This document shows, in pieces, positions 26,720 through 37,500 of a DNA stretch of 64,000 nucleotides; within the stretch, counting starts at the first letter, position 1, and every line of letters starts with the position of its first letter. The position numbers and the translations under genes were made by a program. Under the pieces are notes generated by a model, which saw only the letters and a program-made list of their open reading frames with translations, had not been told where the DNA came from and searched no databases. The DNA comes from Lingula anatina (lineage: Eukaryota > Animalia > Brachiopoda), in NCBI GenBank assembly GCA_051362555.1, contig CM120643.1, positions 17,612,848-17,676,847 of the forward strand. The letters run 5' to 3'.

Positions 26720-29700
26720 AAAAAAGAAACACCAGTCAACCAAATAAAAGAGCAGTACGGTATTATTTTACTTAAAAAACATCTTTGTCCGTATGTGACA
26801 AGGACTATTTGATAAACAAAACACATTTTCAAGAATTTCTGACTGAAAGTTAGATGATGCTGAGGGCGTTCAGTGCACCTGGAATTTGAGAAAGTTTTTT
26901 CTTGTTAAAGCGATGTTTACGTCTCTGCAAGGTAACTGATTTCAGTCAAAATGTACGACTTGTACGACGTATCTAAATGCATAAAATGTACCCTAACCCT
27001 ATGGCTGTAGATCCAGTATCACGTGTGCGCGCACGAGAAACATACCACCAAACTCAAGACAAGCCTTATATTACATTACCAACTGAGATAACAAATCAGG
27101 CTTCTCTGTCAGAGACGCGTTGTCGACTTTTACAGACATATGATCGGCCAATCGTTTCCAGGCAAGCGTCTGATAACACATCTGTAATATAACATTCCAC
27201 TTAACCATTATCATGCAGCAGCCAGCACGTCTTGGCTCGTTTGCTCTTAACTCTTTGAAGTCGTGTCGCATAATTTGTCCCTTTTAATGTTTGTGGAGTT
27301 TACCGTCGTGCTTACGATCGATTCCCTCGGAATATGCAACCGGCGTTCTGATAATTACCCTTCACATGCATTGTTCTTTGTGGCTGTTTTTTCCTGGACA
27401 TTTCCAGGAACCAACTTGGAAAACTGACGCTAATTGACAATCTTATGTGAGAACTTCTGTGACAGGATGCCGCACCAGGAAAACGCGCCTGGTGCAAGGA
27501 GATGATTCCAGTGATTTTAAGCTATTTAAAGTTGCGATTGTTTAAGAGATTATGGCATATTATCTGTGTCGAATGAAAGTGGTTTCTGTAAAACATTTTA
27601 TCGACAGATATCACATACGGTTTCGCCATTGTTTTAAATCTTATATACGAAAACTGTTTAATAAAAAGGGCCCGAAGTACGGTAATGTTTATGCATGTCA
27701 TATTATTGCACGTAAATGTACTGAATATTTAGAAAATTATGTATTATAGAGGGACTGAAAATGTAACTGAATCTGCATTAATTGCTCAATAAACTTGAAA
27801 CTTAATTCTATAAAAAGGACACGATTTCTGAAAAAATGGCAATATAATAACATGCGTTTTAGTGTTATTTACAAAAACTTATATAGCTCAAATTCACTGA
27901 AGAGACTACCTACACAACCAGTTACTGGAGACAGCCAAGGCACCATGACGACGTAGCTATAGGTCAGTTTCCATTAACTAGGTTTGACAGCAACGTGTTG
28001 GTAGTGGATGGTTACTCACTGCCCACAAGGTGCGCTAGTAGTCTGTTACAAAATTATTGTATCTCACCCTGTGCGATTTCACGTAATTAACAGGAACGTG
28101 TTCCCCGCTAGACTTAACCTTTGTATTTGTCAGTGGGGGCGATTTCACATCTAGTAAGTGCTGAGTAGCGCACATCCATGTCTATTCTACATAATGCAAG
28201 TCAAGCATGGCCCCAGGCTTACTGTAGATGCTTAGCTAAGTGGTTATACCCAACCCCACAATATTATCCTCCTCTGCTGTTGAGCCACCGTTTCAGGGGG
28301 GGAGGTAGGGGCGGGGTAGTTACAGAGCTGATTGTGTGTATTTTTAAAGGAGCTTATATTTTAATTTTAGATACTATTTAGAGGCCCCTGATATCAGAGA
28401 GTAATGGGTGGTAGTTTCCAGTCATCTCTGAAATTCAGGATACGCATATGCAGCTTATGGACTTGTCTTTCTCACGATATTTCGCGTGTATATGATTGTT
28501 TTATTTGTTTCCATTGAAAATTTAGAATGTCCAGCAAAGATGATGCTAAAAATTGCATTAAAAATAATCTTTGCTCAACCCCCCCTTTCCCTGGATTAAA
28601 CGTGTTTTTTATTCACGATGTTTGCAAAGCTCAGCAGGCGGATATTGCTTTGAGAGGAAAAGGAAACGGCTTTTTCTTAGAAGATATGAAATTTGTTATT
28701 GTTAAAATAAAATGCATTTTCTCTCTCGCTTTGAAAATACCTTTGTTCCGATTGGCAAAAAAGACATTCCCTTTGAAACCAGGCTGCATTACGGTGGTTC
28801 TTAGGGATAAGTTTTATTAAACTTTGGAAGCCATGAGTTTCCATCGTTCTGGTTTTCTTTGGCATTTCTTATGCATGTCTTTGTTGTTAACTGAGGTTGT
28901 TTGCGCATGTTAACCTTTAATTGTCTATCTCTTGCTCTCTTTCCCTTTTATTTTGCCAGCGACTGCCAGGTGCTATATCTCTTCCTCCTAAGTAAAAAAA
29001 TCAGGTGCTCTTGCTCAAGGACAGAGTTGTATTACAACTAAGCTAGCAAACTGAGTATGTGTCAATCTAGAATTTATGACAAAGAGGGTTTGCGAAAAAG
29101 TCTAAAATTTCTGCAATCTGATTACAGCCTGAGCAGCCCTTCCAAATGACGTGATGCCGCATAGTTGAAAAGCTAATTAATTCCAGAGAATTCCTGTCCT
29201 CTTGTGATTCAAATGCCAATGGTGGTGTCATTTTGCATCCTGAGCAGGACATAAGGAAGACAATCAGTAAAGGTGGCGAACAGAGCAATTTTAATACGCT
29301 ATTGGAAAATATGAAATAATCGATGTTAGAGGAGCAGTGCTGCCTTTTATCGGTTTGGATGGCAATGTAGATTTTGTACATGTGTATGTATGAAAACGTA
29401 TCCAGTTTCACGCCATGCGATGAACTTTTATAAAATCGCCAGGAGTGTTTATGAACAAAATAAAAAAAGAGATAAATATAGGTGTACATTCTGTACCAGT
29501 GTACTTTGAGAAGTCTTAATATGCACTAACTCTCATCCGAAAGTTATCCACAGGCTTTTTTTCTGATGTATAGTTGTATATGTCAATTAACCGCGCTTGT
29601 CAAGGGGTTAAGCCAAATCTCGTACGTTATAGCCAGGGAATTAAGTTATTAATCTATCTGAAAAATATACCGACACGGACGGTATCGATAAAAATATTCC

Positions 29701-31796
29701 GCTCGATGCGAAAATGACCATAAAAACAGATTTAAATGTCTGCATTAGCAAAACAATCAGCATTGTTCCTCATCAACAAATATGGATTTGTTTAGAAGCA
29801 GAACGTAATCAACTAAGACACCAAACAAACACCCGTGTTTACTTATTTACTACAGAACTCAATTAAATCGCAATGTTCAATATCATGCTAAATTTTTCCA
29901 ATTTCCTTCAAATAGCTGAAGTTTGAAACCACTACACAAGCTTTTGATTTAGCTTTATTATGAATGGTTACTTAAGGAAATTTGGTTTTTCATTAGTATA
30001 ACGTACCGACTTGTTTACTTGGCGTTACTTGTGTGCAGTCCTTCATGCATGAAAAAGTATTTTGTGTAAAATGTTTCTATCAGGTCTATCTGGCGACCAG
30101 TGAATGAGCGACAACAGATGAAGAATTGTGTCATTGAATATATTTACATGTATAGTACACTGTAACTGTATATATGAATCTTTGTGAATGGCACTTAAGT
30201 TGCTTATTCACTCATGTACGTTATAAAAGATATTCAGCACTGACTGCTACTCTAGCAAGTGATTGGCTGTTTAAATGATGAATTACCTCTTTCTGGATCC
30301 CGCCCCGAAGCACCATTGGCTTTTATATCGTAATGAAAATTAATTAATGTTATTTTGTGAACTGAACTAAATTAGCACAAAATTCATCTAATTATGCAAT
30401 TACAATAATTAGATTCATATAGCTTATAAAAGAGAGTAATGAAAAATGAATAATAATAGACATTATGTAAGAGCATAAAACATCACACCAAACAAGGAGA
30501 TATTTACAGATTGACGAATAACTTAGAGTGGAAAGAAAAATAATTTAAAAAGTAGTTTTATGATTGTAAAATGAGAATATACAAAGAAATATTTAGGGTA
30601 CTAAAATGGTGTATGGTCTTCTTTCCTGTTGCATGGTGGTAAATTAACACTAACATATTATAAACCTTTCTCTAGTTATGTAGCCTATTATTTTGGAAAG
30701 TATCTCCAGACTCAATTTAAAGCATGACTATTTATCCACACAAGCATGAATTATGACATTTCAGTGGTTGTTACGTTATATGTGGACACCATGTAGATCC
30801 TCATGTAGCAACAAAAAAAAAGAAAGAAAAGAAAGAAAGAAAAACATGGAGAGAAGGAATTACACTTGAATTCATGGTTTCTGCTGATCAAATTTGAAAA
30901 AAACCTTTAAGAAAAAAATAAGAAACTTTGTAAATCATTTCTAAAGATACACAGCGCTAAGTAATTCTATCCGCAGTTAATTTGTCGACAGCGGATAAAA
31001 AGTACACCAAAAATGACATTTTACCATCAACACGCTGCTTTTGCGTCATACGCGAGATCTCCGGATAACAGATCTATAGAAATTGTTATGTCACCTTTCG
31101 TGCAGACAGACGCTCATCAAAAATAAACCTATAATGTTATATGCCATAATTCATTAATATTATGCGCTTGGTAACGGTGGTTTTACGTCTTTCCTTTCAT
31201 TGTGCACTGTAAGACAGATTTTAAGAAGACATCAAACCATCTTCACTTTTCTTGGAAAAAAAACGCTCGGAAACAACTTAAAGGATTTGAAAACGTATTC
31301 CATTATCTTCAGATGTGAAAGAAATCTTAGAAGCTGCGACTATTAAATGGCTTAGCATGTGTTAGATTCATCGATGTTTACCAGTCAAGACTTCAGCACT
31401 TGTGTATTAATAACATAAGTTTTATTATGTCCTTGGCTTTATATCACAACTTTGTTGTGTCGAGAAAGATACACTTCAGCCATACTTCACAGGCCAAATA
31501 CTTCAAAACAACAAGTCATTCAGGGGACACGACTACCATTATGGAGTCAATAGTCTGTTCTAATGATAATAATAGAGACATTATTGATAGATGTTATTGC
31601 CATACGCAGTTTACCTATCATGTTTTTTTCCGATGTTACGCAACAACATGGGTTGTGGGGCTCTTCCAGAGGATTAGGCATTGTGTTGAAGTTGTCGCGT
31701 TTACATTAATGGTCAACGAAATGATCTTTTTATGAGACTTTTAACTGTTATGGACCCATATCACATTGCGTGATATACGTAAGCAATGGCGTCTGG

Positions 31797-31976
31797 ACCG
31801 GTGTAACGGGAATGGTAATCCTAGGAATGGTAGCCTGGGGTCCCATATGATTAGCACAGGCTAGGGTTAGTCGTATTATTGGGGGTAGTATGCTAGTATG
31901 CAATGAATGTCACCTGTTCAAAGTGGTGGGGAACGGACTACGGTCCCTGACGGACCACCATTCCTGTCACACCGGT
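31797..31976. mobile_element. MITE with 20-bp TIRs
   Basis: ACCGGTGTAACGGGAATGGT vs reverse complement ACCGGTGTGACAGGAATGGT (18/20); interior contains TAGGGTTAG. Confidence 0.7.
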
Positions 31977-32943
31977 ACTGTTTGCAATTACGCTGCAAGG
32001 GTTTTTACTCCCTTTTACAAGATTTCTACAAACTCGCAACTGAAACCCAGTTTTATCAAGGCTCTATAACGCTACCCTATGGATACATGCTACACTGCCC
32101 GTTGGATAAAAAACGTTGTCCTCTGAGCAGTTATCCTAAGGGTAGCAGCTATTCCACTGATTAAAAATATCAGAGACAAAAAGTATCCAGCGTTTGGCAA
32201 ACATTACTTAACCCACAGCATGAATGATGATGATAATTCTATCCAATGGACAGTGCTAACCATAAGATAGCGCCGTCTTGCCTTGAAAGTGTTTCGGTGT
32301 GAAAAGAGCTTTACATACGTCAGAAGCAAGCGAAGTGTTGAGAAATGTAAAAAAATATTCATTTGCTGCACGTATGTACGTTTTTTTATTTATTCATTTA
32401 TTTTAATTATTATTACTGATACGACTGAGGATGGATCCAAGCCGTTTTTTTTCCATTGGAAAAGAGCCGCAAACACAATCGAGAGTCCGATATCGACAAG
32501 AGATGAATATATCCAGGACATTCAAGACCCTTTTTAATTGGCCAGTATATTAACGTGAAGAATGAACATTTTCAAAAGCAAGTTACGGCAACCTCTCCCA
32601 TTTCTACATGTGCACCTAGCATAATTTTTGTAGATATATTGATTATTTGCATATTTTAATCAAAGGTGGAAATAAACAGGTAGATACATGTATTTACGCA
32701 CACATTCAACACAGGCCTCACGTGTTTGGACACACAGTTGTTAATTATCGTAGGAGTGCGTTCTAAAGTATGTAGGAGTATGCTCTGAAAATCGAGGCTG
32801 CATGTTGTTTTGTTCTGATGAAAAAAAATACAAGGAAATAGTTGACTAACTACAGTTTGAATTCAATGTAAATCTGACAAATGACAATATGCACGAGAGG
32901 TTTCGACCGGTTCTAAAAATGAAGAAAATTAAATAAAATCTTG

Positions 32944-33113
32944 TCATCGCCATCAATTCCTTTTCGCCGGCTGGCGTCTAGGGCATCGACAACGAATGTA
33001 TGGTTCCCCAGCTTTTCTCAGCTGTTTCAGCTCTGCTTTGACGGTCCTTCTCCATGCAGTTTTAGGTCTGCCTCTTTTTCCGACTCTCTGGTGTCCAGTG
33101 CATAGTTACTCTT
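32944..33113 (-). mobile_element. 3' fragment of an RTE-clade LINE
   Basis: Minus-strand translation with frameshifts gives MHWTPE..GKRGRPKTAWRRTVKAELKQL..WG..FVVDAL, the typical C-terminus of RTE ORF2, then a degenerate TGATG tail. Confidence 0.75.
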
Positions 33114-34948
33114 AAAGTAATTAAGATAACTAAAAGTAGCTTTACAAGCATGTAAACAAACATTCTATGCATATAGAATTTGCTACTTTAAGAGTAATTG
33201 CATTTGTCGGTGTGTTCACAAAGACAAAATTGAACGGAATCTGGTGGAGTTTTGCTGAAGGTGACGCGGTGGAAGGGGGCGTGGGTGCAGAGAAAAAAGG
33301 CACAATTAGCTTACAAAAAATTATTGGGAAGTCTGCACGCAAAATCTGGAACGAAATCTAAAGTTGTTGGGTCACGTAACCCTACGCTCCACAGTTACTC
33401 TTGGTTCGTTATCTTAATGGTTCTTCCCCCCCCCCCCCAAAAAAAAAAAATAATAATAATAATAGATGAATAAATAACCAATCTCTACTGTTATGCTTCT
33501 TTAGGTCGGATTTGCTCGTGCTGAGCTTGCCACCGAAGAATCATTTCAAACATAGAACGCACCTCATCATTTTGCTACAACAGCCTATTTCTGAACAAGT
33601 CGTGCGTGCTAAATATGTAATGCAATTCTTAAAAGGTAAATAGAGTTAAGCAGGAACTTGATGATTATCTAAAGGCTGCGATAATGGATCGGGAGAGCCT
33701 AACATTCACTTTAGCTGATGTTCGTGATATCCACGCCAAATTTCCAATAGTCTTCTTTACGAATGTGGGTGAGCTCACTTGCTAAATCCAAAACACTATG
33801 TGAATAATGTTTAGATGCAACTTTTTTGTGCCTTGGTAGTAATCAAATTGCATAAAGAGACCGTACTGGTAGCATGCTTTGAAACTGAAAGGATAATAAA
33901 GAGCCAAGAATTTCAAGAGCCAAGTTAATAAAAGCTCACAGCAAATGCGGCGTCCCCATTTTCCTTAACTGAAGGACCGATTAAACCATTGTTTGATGGG
34001 TGCTAGGACATCAACTTAGATATTAGTTCTTTAATTTAATACAATGTAACCAGGGTGTCGTTAACCATACGTTGTATGATGGAAGGAATGCCTCCTATTC
34101 TATAACATTAACAGTCAGTTGTGGGTGAAATGCAAAGACAAACAAACCTTGAATGTATTGCCTCACGAATGACCTTGCTAGGAGAAATCTTGAGTGCAGA
34201 TCTGCATCGTATTGGAGTCAGTTAGGGCTCAGTCAAATACATGCATCATTCAAGTAGTTATGTTATATCATTGCTTAATAGTATATTTATTCATAATTAT
34301 GTCTCTAGTTTACATTTTCGCCGCCCCATGTAGGCCTATACGCTCCTAGTATGATGAATAAAGCTTGTGCTTAAAAGCATGTATTCTGAGAGGGAGAGAG
34401 AGCGTCGATGTACGTCAGTCCTCTTGTCCTGTGTAGGTCTGACTTACCCCGCCAGAGAGGACGCACCGCTTTCATGTATATGATACTGACCCTCTACCAG
34501 GGCCACGAATTTATCATTTTATTGAGAAATCCACAGATATGTCTCTGGCTTATTCTATACACTTATCCTACTGTCCATCCAGATTTTCGTGTGTGGAATT
34601 TACAACATTACTTAGCTGGCCTCTAGCAAGGTCTAGTAAATGTGAAACTCGAGGTGTAGTGATGGAAAGCGCATATTGACAGATTTGCCGTCAGTTCTTT
34701 GATGCTTAGAGTGGGCACATGATTAGTCACAATAAGTGTACTTTAATTATCGTACAACAGCTGGCCAATAGCAGATTATATAGTGTGTTGACAGTTAGTA
34801 ACAATCATGTTTACACTTGAAACATTGGTGTCTTTATTATCAGTGTGTCGCTCATTGCGTTAGGTGAAGGCAGGAGTCACGTTTGTATAGAAATAAATAT
34901 CTTCCCTACGACGACGCTGATTTTGTTATAGCCCGTATTGACACAAGA

Positions 34949-34973
34949 TGACGTCACGCCCATCAAGACCAAT
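34949..34973 (+). promoter_or_regulatory. Candidate CRE (TGACGTCA) plus CCAAT box upstream of the RGK start codon
   Basis: Perfect TGACGTCA at 34949-34956 and CCAAT at 34969-34973, about 420 bp upstream of the ATG. Function is inference only. Confidence 0.35.
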
Positions 34974-35373
34974 AGCATTGCTCTCAATCGGGCTGAACAT
35001 ACAGTGGGATATCGAATCCCTGCTGTTTTTATTACTGGGAATCGTTGCAGGCGGTACTACACGGCAAAAACAGCGAGGACGCGTGCATATGTTTCCAATG
35101 ATTCTTCAGCAGCATACGACAACTGATAAATACGCGAGTTAAATGCAAACCGTTGACAGTTGGTTTGGAGAGAGAGAGTGCCGTTGAAGTCGACTGCTCC
35201 TTTTTCAGAAAAGATTGACTTGAAGTTGTTGCATGAAATTTTACATGCAAAACGAAAGAATATGAAAAGTGTGTGTTTGAATGAAGGCAGCTAAGCAATC
35301 TTAAAGACATACTTCGTGGTGATTCGACCTTATATCTGTATGTGAACTGGACTAAAAGGTTTTTCAGTTCAAC

Positions 35374-36130
35374 ATGTCTCGACCGCGTTCCAGAACAGTA
35401 AGTGAACCGTTAAGCAAACGACCCGGACAAAACTGCGAGGGGGGCTCACCGTCTCTCCCGTGTGGACGACCCCCACACAGGGCCCCCAACATCAGGTACT
35501 GCAGCTCGCGACCGCGGACCCGGTCGCCGTCGCCTTCGCCTGTGATCAGCCCTCTCACCTCGTCACCGCCGGCACAAGCGGCAATCTCGTCGCCGCAGAG
35601 ACGCCAGGCTACCAAATGCATGACGACGCCGAAAATGACGAAAAAGCCGGTACATTTAGACTTTGTGAACGACACTTGGGGGATGCGACCCCGCTCACAG
35701 ACTATGCCCACGAAAACGTCGGTCCGTCCCCCGTTTTATCCAAATAGGGATTCTTTTGAGTTACGCTCACCCATTTGCAAAACAGCAGACGATGACCATT
35801 TCCCTTACGATGACTGCACGAGGGTTCGTTCTTTTACCCTGTCTTCAAAGGGACTTCAAAACAAAGGGGACACGGTGAAGCACACGAGTAGCATGCAGAT
35901 CGGAGCCTCTTCTTGCGATAATTGCTGCGCCGCGGCGGCCGAAGAGTACCGAGACCGCACATCGAGCGTCAACTCTCGTGGGAGCGGGACGCAGACCAGC
36001 GAAGACAGCTCTGGGCACGAGAAGATTCCCTACAAGGTGGCCATTCTGGGAGCAATGGGCGTCGGTCGGACAGCCCTGACACGCCAGTTTCTTACCTCTG
36101 AATACCTTGGGGCTTTTGACACAAGCTTTG
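35374..36130 (+). CDS. RGK: RGK-family GTPase, coding exon 1 (Ser/Pro/Arg-rich N-terminus through G1)
   Basis: ORF from ATG 35374; RVRSFTLSSKGLQNKGD segment resembles invertebrate RGK N-termini; YKVAILGAMGVGRTALTRQFLTSEY is the G1 region; donor G|GTAAGT at 36131; 757 nt, phase 1. Confidence 0.93.
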
Positions 36131-36493
36131 GTAAGTGGTTCGCTTGTCTTTGTCGCTAAGTTGTAACTGGACTCAAGCAGTTTGATAGCACTTCCCTCAA
36201 ATCACTTTTCTCAGTAATGTGAACATTTGAGTCACGTCATTGACACACTCCTTCTTTGTACTGATTTCATAATTGTTTTGTATCGCCTGATGATTACTGA
36301 TGGTTTCTTTACATGTTGGAGGGTAGAGCAGCATAAAAAAAGGGAACATAATATGGCAAGTCAGATTCATACAAGCTTCACACAAAATCTGTGCATCACT
36401 GATACGTGGTTCAAATGTTCAAATTCACTTAATTGGGGATGGTCCATTTAACATATTACTTTATATAACGTTCTTACTGACATCTCTATCTAT

Positions 36494-36936
36494 GGCCGCA
36501 TTCACATCGAGTTGAGCCATGGCTCTACAAAGCCACGACCTAAATATGGCGGACGTACATGAAAGGAAAAACGCTTAATCTTTTAATAGTCTCTCCGCCT
36601 CTCACACTCCTACCCATCTTCTGGGCGAATGGAGCTGAGATTTAATCACTGTACCCCCCGCAGGGCCGACTCGTGGGGAGGCGTGTGAGAGGCGGAGAGA
36701 CAATTAAAAGATTAGGCGGTTTTCCTTTCATGTACGTCCGCCATATTTAGGTCGTGGCTTTGTAGAGCCATGGCTCAACTCGATGTGAATGCGGCCATAG
36801 ATAGAGATGTCAGTAAGGAGGCGTGTGAGAGGCGGAGAGACAATTAAAAGATTAGGCGGTTTTCCTTTCATGTACGTCCGCCATATTTAGGACGTGGCTT
36901 TGTAGAGCCATGGCTCAACTCGATGTGAATGCGGCC
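36494..36936. mobile_element. Foldback MITE (about 120-bp arms, PIF/Harbinger-like ends) with a duplicated arm, RGK intron 1
   Basis: Left arm 36494-36610 (GGCCGCATTCACATC...) is the near-perfect reverse complement of 36677-36796 and of 36817-36936; TAT flanks both outer ends (possible 3-bp TSD). Superfamily is inference. Confidence 0.8.
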
Positions 36937-37039
36937 TATCTGAAATCTAAAAGCTGGAAGGACGCTATAATTCTCCTGCGAGTTGGTACATGTAAGAGAT
37001 TAGATTTATAAATTCTAATCCAACCTATTATCTTCAACA

Positions 37040-37500
37040 TTTAACCACTCAGTATGTCCTTGCCTTCATTCCATACCTGCTCCATATTCCTCATAGAAGG
37101 TTTGCGAATTGTATTAGCCGTTGTCAGGCTGCAAAATAGTTCGTTTGGTGGTCAGAAAATCTCGCGAGGATTTCAAGCCGCGGAGAGAATATCTGGAGGG
37201 CATTTTGTTGCATGCTTGAAAGGTATTGATGTAGGGCTACTTATTGATATATCAGTCTATTTAGATGGAGTCAATAGGTTGTAGTGGGAGGACCGAGGTC
37301 GAGCTGAGGAAATTTGTACAGCTCTTCTTATTAATCAGGGACTTAAGAACACCTTCTTACTTTATTCTCATATCTCTGAACGAGACAGGAGTACCGGTAG
37401 GAGCATTGCGATATACACGGTACGTGTATATTGCTGGAAGAAGGCGTATTTCCTCCATTTCCAGGATATTATCGGCCGATTCTCCGAAAAATCACCCCGT
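37040..37500 (-). mobile_element. Highly decayed RTE-like LINE fragment
   Basis: Minus strand reads ...TVYIAMLLPVLLSRSEI*, resembling the RTE motif YxAxVLPVLLYGSETW; many stops; boundaries approximate. Confidence 0.4.

Noticed and set aside
36131-36159. ORF-track extension GKWFACLCR* of the RGK first exon
   Set aside because: Read-through past a canonical GTAAGT donor into intron 1.
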